Below the pieces are notes generated by a model, which saw only the letters and a list, made by a program, of their open reading frames with translations, had not been told where the DNA came from and made no database searches. A stretch of 50,827 nt of DNA, from the NCBI GenBank assembly GCA_043797665.1, contig JAZDPL010000056.1, positions 1 through 50,827 of the forward strand. Direction: 5' to 3'. This document shows positions 26,508 through 35,257 of the stretch, piece after piece. Source of the DNA: Candidatus Omnitrophota bacterium. Lineage in GTDB: Bacteria; Ratteibacteria; UBA8468; MWAK01. The translations under genes were made by a program, and so were the position numbers. The first letter of the stretch is position 1. The number at the start of each line of letters is the position of its first letter.

Positions 26508-27799
26508 ATTCCAAAGACCCGCTGGTAAATATAGTCCTGATGCCTCAAAAAATAGTCCGGATTAAAACATTCTTCAAGTTCTTTCGGCTTCAAATACTTC
26601 TTTATCTCTTCGTCAGACTGCAGGTTCTGCTGGAAATTACCCTTTCCCTCAATCGCAGCCAGAGCATTTTTCTGCACCAACTGATAAGCAACCGGTCTGG
26701 AAACACTCCGGCTAACAAGAGCAGAAAGAACCCGCTGGGAAAAAATTAACCCGCCGGTAAGTTCCAGATTGGCTTTTATTTTTACGGGATTAATTCGTAA
26801 ACCCCTGGCAACCCGGACAGCGATGTGGATTATGTAGTCCAAAAGAATCGTACTGTCCGGAAGGATAACCCGCTCCGCTGAGGAATGGCTTATATCGCGC
26901 TCATGCCAGAGCGCTACGTTTTCCAGGGCAATAACAGCGTTTGCCCGCAATATCCGGACCAAACCGCAGATTCGTTCCGAAAGAACCGGGTTCTGCTTGT
27001 GCGGCATTGCCGAGGAGCCCTTCTGCCGTTCTCCGAACGGTTCCGCCGCTTCCGCAACTTCAGTTCTTTGTAAATGGCGCACCTCCAGGGCAAACCGCTC
27101 TAAACCGGTGCCCACGACCGCAATCTGACAGAGGAACTCTGCGTAACGGTCCCGGGGTACGACCTGGGTGGCGACCGGCTCCGGGTGAAGACCTAATTTT
27201 TTACAGGCGTATTCCTCCACTATTGGTTCCAGATGGGCAAAGGTCCCCACCGCACCGCTGACTTTTCCAAAACCGATAACCTCCTTTGCTTCCCTTATCC
27301 GCCGGATTGACCGTTCTGTCTCGGCATAAAAACTGCAGAATTTCAAACCCAGGGTGATTGGTTCGGCGTGAATTCCGTGGGTCCGGCCTATCTGAACGGT
27401 ATACTTATACTCTCTTGCCTTTTCGGCAAAAAGCGCCTTCAACTCCTCCAGACCGACGAGCAAAATGTCCGCGGACTCTTTTAAGAGAAGGGCATTGGTA
27501 GTATCCAAAAGGTCCGAGGAGGTAAGTCCGACGTGGAAGTAAGCCGAAAGGGGACCAATCCGCTCGGAAACCGCTTCAATGAAAGCCACCACGTCATGGT
27601 GGGTCTCCTTTTCCAATTCCAGAATCCGGCTTACTTCAAACCCCGCTTTTCTTTTGAGTTCCGCCGCCTTGTCCGGGGGAACCTTTCCCAAGGATTCCCA
27701 ACCTTCCAGAACCGCCAATTCAACCTCCAACCACCGGCGGAATTTGTTTTCCTCGCTCCACAAACTCTCCATCTCCGCTCTGCTATACCGTTTAACCAT
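26504..27799 (-). CDS. purB: adenylosuccinate lyase
   Basis: RYSR, HDVVAF, GLTSSD, GRTHGIHAEP, GSSAMPHKQNP and WHERDISHSSAER. Confidence 0.96.
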   Translation of the reverse strand: MVKRYSRAEMESLWSEENKFRRWLEVELAVLEGWESLGKVPPDKAAELKRKAGFEVSRILELEKETHHDVVAFIEAVSERIGPLSAYFHVGLTSSDLLDTTNALLLKESADILLVGLEELKALFAEKAREYKYTVQIGRTHGIHAEPITLGLKFCSFYAETERSIRRIREAKEVIGFGKVSGAVGTFAHLEPIVEEYACKKLGLHPEPVATQVVPRDRYAEFLCQIAVVGTGLERFALEVRHLQRTEVAEAAEPFGERQKGSSAMPHKQNPVLSERICGLVRILRANAVIALENVALWHERDISHSSAERVILPDSTILLDYIIHIAVRVARGLRINPVKIKANLELTGGLIFSQRVLSALVSRSVSRPVAYQLVQKNALAAIEGKGNFQQNLQSDEEIKKYLKPKELEECFNPDYFLRHQDYIYQRVFGM

Positions 27800-28868
27800 G
27801 GTAAAGACGGGTAATCCGCGGTCCCAGCCGGCTTAAAATCTCATGAGGGACCGTCTTTGCCCAATCAGCCACCTCCTCCACCTTGATCTCTCCGTTCTTC
27901 TGTTTACCGATTAAAATAACCTCATCGCCCACCTTAACCTCCGGGACATTAGTAACGTCAACCATCGTCATATCCATACAGACCGCACCGATAACCGGAC
28001 AGCGCTGGCCGGAAACCAGGACTTCAGCAATATTGGAAAGGCTCCGGCTGTACCCGTCCGCATAGCCGATGGAAACGGTCGCCACCTTTGTTCTTTTCCG
28101 GGCCCGGAAATACCTGCCGTAACTGACCGACCCGCCTGTCTTGACCTCCTTTACAAACACCAGCCGGCTGCCCAGGGTAACCACAGACTTTAACAAAGAA
28201 CCAACCCCATAAAGGGCAATACCGGCCCGAACCAGGTCAAACCAACTCTCCGGATAATTTAAAATTGCGGCCGAATTCGCGGCATGGCGTATCAGATAAC
28301 CTCGCCGCAACGGGTCAGAAACTTTCTGAAACGTTCTTATCTGACGAAGGGTAAAACTATTCCTGGTCTCCGCAACCGGAAAGTGGGTATAAATGCCGGT
28401 CACCTTTAAGAATGGCAGACGCGTACAAAAGAGATAAAATTTTTTCAGGTCTTCCGGGTTTATCCCTAACCGTCCCATGCCGGTGTCCACCTTTAGATGG
28501 AGCCTGGCTGTCTTTTTTAGTTTTGCCGCAATTTTTGAAATTGTCCGGGCATGCTCAAAATCTACTGCCGTAAAAGCAAGACTTTTTACCAGACCTGCCG
28601 GCACCTCTTCCGGAGAACATACGCCCAGAACTAAAATTTCTTTCTTGATGCCTGCCCGGCGTAACTCCAAAGCCTCACCCACCGTGGCAACCGCAAAACC
28701 AGCCACCTTATCTTTAAGAACCGGTGCGATTTTATCGGCGCCTAATCCGTAGGCGTTAGCTTTTACGCAGGCTAAAACTCCGGCTGGAGATACCAGATTG
28801 CGGATGACGTTCAGATTGGCTTTGATTACGTTTAAATCGACCTCTACCCAGGCTCGGCCCTTATTCAT
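27792..28868 (-). CDS. alr: alanine racemase
   Basis: VKANAYGLG, HLKVDTGMGRLG, YTHF, ANSA, VRAGIALYG, GYADG and CMDM. Confidence 0.95.
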   Translation of the reverse strand: MNKGRAWVEVDLNVIKANLNVIRNLVSPAGVLACVKANAYGLGADKIAPVLKDKVAGFAVATVGEALELRRAGIKKEILVLGVCSPEEVPAGLVKSLAFTAVDFEHARTISKIAAKLKKTARLHLKVDTGMGRLGINPEDLKKFYLFCTRLPFLKVTGIYTHFPVAETRNSFTLRQIRTFQKVSDPLRRGYLIRHAANSAAILNYPESWFDLVRAGIALYGVGSLLKSVVTLGSRLVFVKEVKTGGSVSYGRYFRARKRTKVATVSIGYADGYSRSLSNIAEVLVSGQRCPVIGAVCMDMTMVDVTNVPEVKVGDEVILIGKQKNGEIKVEEVADWAKTVPHEILSRLGPRITRLYHG

Positions 28869-28882
28869 CTATTCCGTACTCG

Positions 28883-28956
28883 CGCGCCTGGGGCGACTTG
28901 AACGCCCAACCTACGGGTTCGAAGCCCGGCGCTCTATCCAGTTGAGCTACAGGCGC
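28883..28956 (-). tRNA. tRNA-Arg (anticodon TCG)
   Basis: GCGCCTGTAGCTCAACTGGATAGAGCGCCGGGCT-TCG-AACCCGTAGGTTGGGCGTTCAAGTCGCCCCAGGCGCG forms a full cloverleaf. CCA is not encoded. Confidence 0.92.
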
Positions 28957-28974
28957 CCAACTCTCACTTTCTTT

Positions 28975-29037
28975 GTCATTCCTGCATGTTTCAGGCAGGA
29001 ATCCAGTGGATTCCCGCTTACTACACGCGGGAATGAC
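28975..29037. repeat. inverted doublet of GTCATTCC(C/T)GC family palindromes
   Basis: GTCATTCCTGCATGTTTCAGGCAGGAATCC-AGT-GGATTCCCGCTTACTACACGCGGGAATGAC. Confidence 0.87.
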
Positions 29038-29046
29038 AATATTTAA

Positions 29047-29277
29047 CTACTCTGGTTTTTTATCTGCTACTTTTGGTGTCTCTTCTTTCTCTTTCTTCTC
29101 GGACAGCCGGTCCTTAATGTCACTGATACCGGAAGCAATCGCCACCAGACCACCCAGGACTAACATAACCACAATCCCACCGCCCACGAACCACAGGGCT
29201 GCCTTACCTAACGGACCGGGTCCAGCCAGCAGCGCTCCGAGCAGTACCGCAACAATCCCACCAATCAACGCCCACAT
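29047..29277 (-). CDS. small two-TM membrane protein
   Basis: SD AAAGGAGG before the ATG at 29277. Two hydrophobic helices and a charged tail. Confidence 0.7.
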   Translation of the reverse strand: MWALIGGIVAVLLGALLAGPGPLGKAALWFVGGGIVVMLVLGGLVAIASGISDIKDRLSEKKEKEETPKVADKKPE

Positions 29278-29402
29278 ACTACCTCCTTTGTTCAACGTTT
29301 ACTAAAACTCCAATGCTCCTTATAATTTACCACAATAAAAGAACAACCGTCAAGGGGTTGCGGAATTTTAAGATTTAATATACAATAAAGCCAGGTGGGA
29401 TT

Positions 29403-30362
29403 ATGACAAAAACAGTACTCAAGACCTTTGCGGCTATAACTTTTCTGGTGATGGTAATTCTATCTTTGATGATATTCGTGCCCTCTCATGAAGAAATCAA
29501 GACCGTCCGCATAACCCGCCAGACGTCCCTGCGTCAGATAAGTGAAAAACTTGCCCAGAAAGAGTTGCTCCGTTCCCCTTTTTTGTTCATTGTCATCACG
29601 AAAATCTCCGGTCATGAGAGGAATCTGAAAGCCGGTCTTTATGAAATTCCGGCTAACGGCAGTCCCTATCAGGTCTTCCAGAAACTGGCTTCGGGAAAAA
29701 CCGCCGTTGTGCGCATTACCGTTCCCGAAGGCTGGAGTTCGCGGGAAATTGCAAAACTGCTGGAACGTAAGGACCTGTGTTCCCGGGAAAGTTTCCTCAC
29801 CGTTGTAGCCCAAAAAAGTCTGGAAGGATTCCTCTTTCCTAATACCTATTTTATCCCTTCGGAACTCTCTCCCGAGGCCATTACCCGAATTTTTGTAAAA
29901 GAGTTCAAAAATATATGGAAACCGGAGTGGAGTGAACGGGCAAAACAGATTCGCTTTACCCAGAAGGAAATCCTGACTCTGGCTTCGATAATTGAACGGG
30001 AAACAACGCTGGACGAAGAAAAGCCGATTATCAGTTCTGTCTTCCACCATCGTCTTCGCCGGGGAATGCGTCTGGAAGCCGACCCAACCGTTCTCTATGC
30101 GATCCAGTCCTGGCGTATACCATTGACGTCACGATTACTGCACACCGTTTCTCCCTACAATACTTATCTCCACCGGGGTCTGCCGCCGGGACCTATCTGC
30201 AATCCCGGCATGAAATCTATTATGGCTGCCCTTTATCCGGCTAAAACCAATTACCTTTTCTTTGTGGCTGACGGTAACGGCACCCACATTTTCTCCCAAA
30301 CCTTAGCCGAACATAACTCTGCGAGAAATATGGTCAAGGCGCAGAAAAACAGGAGTATTTAA
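29403..30362 (+). CDS. mltG: endolytic transglycosylase MltG
   Basis: LKAG.Y, ITVPEG, LEGFLFPNTY, LASIIERE, LEADPT, SPYNTY...GLPPGPI.NPG and YLFFVA. Confidence 0.94.
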   Translation: MTKTVLKTFAAITFLVMVILSLMIFVPSHEEIKTVRITRQTSLRQISEKLAQKELLRSPFLFIVITKISGHERNLKAGLYEIPANGSPYQVFQKLASGKTAVVRITVPEGWSSREIAKLLERKDLCSRESFLTVVAQKSLEGFLFPNTYFIPSELSPEAITRIFVKEFKNIWKPEWSERAKQIRFTQKEILTLASIIERETTLDEEKPIISSVFHHRLRRGMRLEADPTVLYAIQSWRIPLTSRLLHTVSPYNTYLHRGLPPGPICNPGMKSIMAALYPAKTNYLFFVADGNGTHIFSQTLAEHNSARNMVKAQKNRSI

Positions 30363-30363
30363 C

Positions 30364-31722
30364 ATGGAGCATATAGAAACGCCATCTTCCGGACCCAAAG
30401 CCATCTTAAGCAAAAAGGATTTAAAAACTTTTGTCCTGGACACCAACGTTCTCCTGCATAATCATCATGCGGTCTTTTCTTTCGGAAAGAACGAAGTGGT
30501 TATCCCCATTATCGTTTTGGAAGAATTGGACAGATTTAAACGGTTTGCCGACGAAAGGGGACGACACGCCCGTTCGTTCGCACGCCACTTAGACCGCCTG
30601 CGCCGGACCGGAAGTCTCCAGGAAGGAGCCGTTCTGGAAAACGGCGGACTCCTGCGCGTTGACCTGATTGACCCGGTGCCGCTGCCGGAATCCTTTGAAA
30701 AAGGCGCGGTGGACAACCGGATTCTGGGCGTAAGTCTGGCGCTTAAAAAGATGCGGCCTGAGGTAATCTTAATTACCAAAGACATTAACCTCCGGGTCAA
30801 AGCGGACAGTCTGGGCCTTAAAACCCAGGACTATGAAAAAGAAAAGGTGGAAATCGAGACCATCTACACCGGGTGGAGAAAAATTTCTTTTCCTTCGGAA
30901 CGCTTAAATAAGTTCTTACAGGAAGGTTTTTTAGCCGTGGCCGACCTGCCCTCTTCAGAAAGCCGCCTTTACGCGAATGAAGGTATAGAATTTGTCGCTT
31001 CTTCCAACCAATGCGGATTGGGGATTTATGACAAAAAAGACAATAAAGTAAACCGGTTACTCTATCAGGGCGAACCGATAATGGGTATCCACGCCCTAAA
31101 CCGGGAACAGAACTTTGCGATAAACCTGCTTCTTGATGACCGGATACAATTGGTAACCTTGGTGGGAAAGGCGGGCACCGGAAAAACCTTGTTAGCCCTG
31201 GCGGCCAGCCTCCAGAAAGTCGTCAAGGAAAAAAAGTACTCCCGGGTTGTGGTGAGCCGGCCGATAATTCCGATGGGAAAAGACATCGGTTACCTGCCCG
31301 GTACGAAAGAAGAGAAATTGGAAAACTGGATGGAACCGATTAAAGACAACCTGGACTTTATTTTCCACCGTTCCAAGCAGGGGCACAACGAAATAGAGGA
31401 ACTGTTCCGGCGCCAGTCTATCGTTCTGGAAGCCCTGACCTACTTGCGAGGACGCAGTATTCCCAATCAAATCCTGCTGATTGACGAGGTTCAGAACCTG
31501 ACTCCCTTAGAGGCAAAGACCGTCATCAGCCGGGCCGGCGAAAATACCAAAGTAATCCTCACCGGTGACCCCTGGCAGATTGATAACCCCTATTTAGACA
31601 GCGACGGTAACGGACTCATTTACACCGCGGAAAGGTTTAAGGGTGAGGTATCGGCGGGTCACATCATCCTGGAAAAAAGTGAACGGAGTAATTTAGCCGC
31701 CCTGGCCGCCCGTCTTTTGTAA
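30364..31722 (+). CDS. PIN-domain + PhoH family ATPase (YlaK/PhoH2-like)
   Basis: FVLDTNVL, VLEELD, DNRIL, TKDINLR, GKAGTGKT, IGYLPG, LRGRS, DEVQN and GD..QID. Confidence 0.9.
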   Translation: MEHIETPSSGPKAILSKKDLKTFVLDTNVLLHNHHAVFSFGKNEVVIPIIVLEELDRFKRFADERGRHARSFARHLDRLRRTGSLQEGAVLENGGLLRVDLIDPVPLPESFEKGAVDNRILGVSLALKKMRPEVILITKDINLRVKADSLGLKTQDYEKEKVEIETIYTGWRKISFPSERLNKFLQEGFLAVADLPSSESRLYANEGIEFVASSNQCGLGIYDKKDNKVNRLLYQGEPIMGIHALNREQNFAINLLLDDRIQLVTLVGKAGTGKTLLALAASLQKVVKEKKYSRVVVSRPIIPMGKDIGYLPGTKEEKLENWMEPIKDNLDFIFHRSKQGHNEIEELFRRQSIVLEALTYLRGRSIPNQILLIDEVQNLTPLEAKTVISRAGENTKVILTGDPWQIDNPYLDSDGNGLIYTAERFKGEVSAGHIILEKSERSNLAALAARLL

Positions 31723-31726
31723 AAAA

Positions 31727-31785
31727 CTTTACTCTACCGTAACACTCTTCGCCAAGTTTCTGGGCTGGTCAACGTTGCAACCCCG
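31727..31785 (-). repeat. direct repeat of the glmS 3' end (distal att-like copy)
   Basis: 59 bp with one mismatch to 44800-44858. Encodes RGCNVDQPRNLAKSVTVE*. Confidence 0.95.
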
Positions 31786-31956
31786 TAATTGGCTGACATC
31801 AATCCCCCCAGCCAAAATTAATTCTGGATATCTTCGGTGAATCTCTTTTGGTTCCATTCCGGCTATTCTCTCAATGGGATTGAGCAGGTCAAAGGTTGGC
31901 ACCCTATCCGGTAATTTACCTTTCAGAAGAACTCTTACCCTTTCTTTAGCAGTCAT
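31729..31956 (-). pseudogene. chimeric remnant: internally deleted URO-D/MtaA-family gene fused in frame to the glmS C-terminus
   Basis: MTAKERV...PDRVP (family N-terminus), NPIE..AGM...GGIDVSQL (family C-terminal third), then the 18-aa glmS tail. Confidence 0.72.
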
Positions 31957-32075
31957 TATCTTAATTCCCCCCTCGCGGCTTCGTAAATTCTATCCAGTTC
32001 TTTCTTTTTTTGGGGTTCTAATTGAAATTGATGTTCTGCAATCTTCCTTTTGGCCATCTGACGGACGTTTTCCTT
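31956..32075 (-). pseudogene. C-terminal gene remnant, possibly MttB-like methyltransferase
   Basis: An alternative frame reads KENVRQMAKRKIAEHQFQLEPQKKKELDRIYEAARGELR*, and its TAA overlaps the next ATG (TAATG). The family call is tentative. Confidence 0.35.
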
Positions 32076-33286
32076 AATTCCGTAATGTTCTCAACAACTT
32101 TCCTGAAAGCCACTGCGATATCTTCCATTTCCGTCTTCCCGGCCGGCGGGTGTATCTTTATTTCGATATTCCTTTTATCGCAGGTTTCTTCGGCAACCGG
32201 GCAGGAACCGTCCTGGTAATTGGGCCATTCTGCTCCTGGCGCCTTATAATACGGACAGGTAAACGGGCATCCCAGGTTGTAAGCATTCCTTATCTGAAAA
32301 GTGGAGTGTCGGTAGAGAGGGGCATATATCTGGGGAATAAGAATCCCTTCGGCCTCGATTGCGGAGATAAAATCTTTACGGCTGACACCCAGTTCTTTTT
32401 CATTGTATTTAATTATGTAATTGTAATAGACCGCCTTAGTTCCAGGGTAAGGAATTTGAACCTCGATCCCTCTAAGACCTTTTAGCCCTTGATTCAAGTA
32501 CCCAGCGTTTTTAATCCGCTGCCGGTTTTCCGTATCAAGCCTCTTCAGGCGTACCCGGCCAATAGCAGCGTGCAACTCGGTCATTCGGTAATTATAGGCA
32601 AGGGGAACTGCGCCGAAGCTTCTAAACGCCTTCGCCTTTTCGTCAAGGTCATTGTTTGTGGTAATAAGCATACCGCCCTCGCCCACCGACAAGTTTTTCT
32701 TCTGCTGGAAGCTGAAAACTCCGAAATCTCCAAAAGTACCCACCTTTTTGCCTCGGAATTCGGCACCGTGGGCATGAGAACAATCTTCAATCAGAATAAG
32801 TTTATGCTTTAAGGCAAGTTTCTTTATCTCTTTTAGGTGGACTGCCGGAAACCCGTTCATGTGGACAAGAATGATGGCCTTGGTCCTTTTGGTAATCTTA
32901 TTAAAAACCTTTTGGGCGTCCAGGCCTAAGGTTTTCGGTTCAATATCTGCAAAGACTGGAATGGCGTTTTGCATTAGTACGCAGGTGGCGGTGGAAAGGA
33001 AGGTATAGGGAGTAACTATTACTTCGTCGCCCACGCCGATACCGGAAGAAGCCAGCGCGGTGTGCAGTCCGGTAGTCCCGTTACTGACCGCGATGGCAAA
33101 AGGAACATCATGGTAATTCGCAAATTCCTTTTCAAACTTTTCCGCTTCATTTCCAACCCCGGAGCAAAGTTTGCCGGATTTGATTACACGGATGGCTGCT
33201 TCTATTTCTTCCTCACCGAAGACCGGATAGACGGAAAAAGGATTCTTTCGGACCGGCTTTCCACTTTTAATGGCAAGTTTTGGCAT
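32018..33286 (-). CDS. DegT/DnrJ/EryC1/StrS family PLP aminotransferase
   Basis: KLAIKSG.PV, SNGT.GL, GDEVI..PYTF, IEDCSHAHGA, FSFQQKKNL..GEGG and NYRM.E. Confidence 0.92.
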   Translation of the reverse strand: MPKLAIKSGKPVRKNPFSVYPVFGEEEIEAAIRVIKSGKLCSGVGNEAEKFEKEFANYHDVPFAIAVSNGTTGLHTALASSGIGVGDEVIVTPYTFLSTATCVLMQNAIPVFADIEPKTLGLDAQKVFNKITKRTKAIILVHMNGFPAVHLKEIKKLALKHKLILIEDCSHAHGAEFRGKKVGTFGDFGVFSFQQKKNLSVGEGGMLITTNNDLDEKAKAFRSFGAVPLAYNYRMTELHAAIGRVRLKRLDTENRQRIKNAGYLNQGLKGLRGIEVQIPYPGTKAVYYNYIIKYNEKELGVSRKDFISAIEAEGILIPQIYAPLYRHSTFQIRNAYNLGCPFTCPYYKAPGAEWPNYQDGSCPVAEETCDKRNIEIKIHPPAGKTEMEDIAVAFRKVVENITELRKTSVRWPKGRLQNINFN

Positions 33287-33297
33287 TTTTGCTCCCT

Positions 33298-34284
33298 TTA
33301 TATTTTTTTGGCTCTGTCTTCCCGGGACGATTGAACGGCTTTTTCGATAATCTGACTGGTTATCATACCTTCTTCGCCTGGCAAAGAATTTGGCTTGCCA
33401 GACAATAAACTTTTTACATAATTTTCAACCAGGGAATAGTGGGTTATCTGGTGCCGGGGAAAAATGTATTCCTTTATCCCTTTCCCGATTATTACCTGCA
33501 ACTCTCCCTTTTCAAGGTTTCGGGAAAGGATGCGACCCTTCGTACCGCCGATATCCAGTTCATCCACCGGTGTTGCCATGGCCCAGAAGAACTGGCAGAC
33601 TGCCTGAAGACCTCCGGCAAACTCCAGTATTAAGGAACTGGAATCGTCTACCGGAATGTCCAAATGATTAGCGCCTACAAAAGCGCTGACTTTTTTAGGC
33701 TTGCCGAAAAAATAGGCTAAAAGGTCGAGCCGGTGACTGCCGACGTCAAAAAGATATCCGCCGCCGGAAACCTTCGGGTCCAACCGCCAGTTAGGCTCTC
33801 CGTCATAAAGAGATGAGGTTAAAAACCTGCAGTAGACGGGTTTTCCAATTACGCCCTCATTCAGCAAATACTTTATCTTTTTCACTACCGGGTAAAAACG
33901 GCGGTAATAAGCAACCATTAACTGGACATTGTTCTTCCGGCAGGCAGCGATCATCTTTCTGCATTCCGCCACATTTAACGCCATAGGTTTCTCACAGAGG
34001 ACGTGTTTCTTTGACCTGGCTGCCTTTTCGGTAAGTTCTGCGTGGGTATTGGGCGGGGCGGCGATATAGACCGCATCTATTTCGGAATCGGAAAGGAGGT
34101 CTTCTATGGAAGTGTAGCAACGCTTTGCGTGGTGGCGTTCCGCAAATGACTTGGCTCTCTCTTCATTCCGGCTCATGACGGCCAAAAGGGTCGAATTGAG
34201 AACTTTATAAAGGGCCGGCCCTCCCTTATATTCGGCAACCGAGCCGCAACCGATGATACCCCACCGAATCAGTTTCATTTCCAT
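33298..34284 (-). CDS. Gfo/Idh/MocA family oxidoreductase
   Basis: WGIIGCG, DAVYIA.P...H, CEKPMA, YYRRF and SGGG.L.DVGSH..D. Confidence 0.92.
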   Translation of the reverse strand: MEMKLIRWGIIGCGSVAEYKGGPALYKVLNSTLLAVMSRNEERAKSFAERHHAKRCYTSIEDLLSDSEIDAVYIAAPPNTHAELTEKAARSKKHVLCEKPMALNVAECRKMIAACRKNNVQLMVAYYRRFYPVVKKIKYLLNEGVIGKPVYCRFLTSSLYDGEPNWRLDPKVSGGGYLFDVGSHRLDLLAYFFGKPKKVSAFVGANHLDIPVDDSSSLILEFAGGLQAVCQFFWAMATPVDELDIGGTKGRILSRNLEKGELQVIIGKGIKEYIFPRHQITHYSLVENYVKSLLSGKPNSLPGEEGMITSQIIEKAVQSSREDRAKKI

Positions 34285-35183
34285 CCTTCTTCATACAGTA
34301 TCTTAAACTCTGCTACGCATTCATCCATACTCACAAAGAGAAAATGGAGTTCTTTTTCAAGTCTATTTAACTGATTTTGCAACAGGTTAACCTTTTTCGC
34401 GGAAATCTTGGTGCGTTCTGTATTGAGAATTTCGTAGGGATGGAACACCCAGGTAACGACCGCTGGATTCTTTCCGGATGTAGCCGGATAGGTAAATTCA
34501 ATCGCCTCGGATATCTTGAGCCACCGGGCAACCTTATCAAAATCAAGTGCCAGATATATGTGGGCAATGGGTACCTGGATGAAATGACCAAGCAGGGGTT
34601 TTCTTATACCCGTGGTTATGCCCTTGGGCGTGATTAAAATAGAAGTCCGGTAATCAAAGTAATCCGCCTCGTTGTGCAGGTACGGCCTGATGCCCTCCGG
34701 AATCAGCCGGTTGTCAAAGCCGGGGCTCTGGTCTGTTCTGGAACCGGCTTCGCCGGGAACAACATCGGAAACAATCCGGTAATTGAGCTCCTTTAAGGCT
34801 GCATATATTTCGGGATTCTGAACCGCACAACCGGTTCGGTGGATATTGATATTTTTTTCGCCCAGCCGATTTTTTTTAAAAAAGCCTTCCACTTTTAATT
34901 TGCTCTGCTGAAAAAATTCCTTCAGGTTGTCTTTTTTCAAAGTCTTAATTCTGTCCACGTGGTCATGGATGCCGATGGAATCTTCTGCTTTAATTGCCTG
35001 CTTCAAGAATTCCTGATGATTACCGGTGAGGTTAAAATCATTTTCATTCAAAAACCAGGTCACGTGCCCGGCCAGACCATATTCCCTGAAGGTCCGGAAC
35101 AATACCTGCAGGCTTTCCTCCCTGACATCAATTCTATCAATCCGCATGTCGCAATCAACAGTAACCAGAAATAGTTTTTTCAT
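34275..35183 (-). CDS. hypothetical protein with a polysaccharide deacetylase-like barrel
   Basis: VTVDCD, TWF, IGIHDH, HRTG and FHPYE motifs. SD CAGGAGG. Confidence 0.55.
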   Translation of the reverse strand: MKKLFLVTVDCDMRIDRIDVREESLQVLFRTFREYGLAGHVTWFLNENDFNLTGNHQEFLKQAIKAEDSIGIHDHVDRIKTLKKDNLKEFFQQSKLKVEGFFKKNRLGEKNINIHRTGCAVQNPEIYAALKELNYRIVSDVVPGEAGSRTDQSPGFDNRLIPEGIRPYLHNEADYFDYRTSILITPKGITTGIRKPLLGHFIQVPIAHIYLALDFDKVARWLKISEAIEFTYPATSGKNPAVVTWVFHPYEILNTERTKISAKKVNLLQNQLNRLEKELHFLFVSMDECVAEFKILYEEGWK

Positions 35184-35257
35184 CGCTGAATACCTCCTGA
35201 AATATTCATATACTATGGTTTTAAAAGAAAAAAACGCCGGTTGTTGAAAAAAGAAAA

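Noticed and set aside
6838..29037. CRISPR array or integron attC sites
   Set aside because: The repeats are dispersed palindromes without regular spacers, cas genes, an integron integrase or GTTRRRY/RYYYAAC-bounded cassettes.
30364..31722. PIN-PhoH as a toxin-antitoxin system
   Set aside because: No adjacent antitoxin gene. It directly follows mltG and resembles widespread stand-alone YlaK-type proteins.
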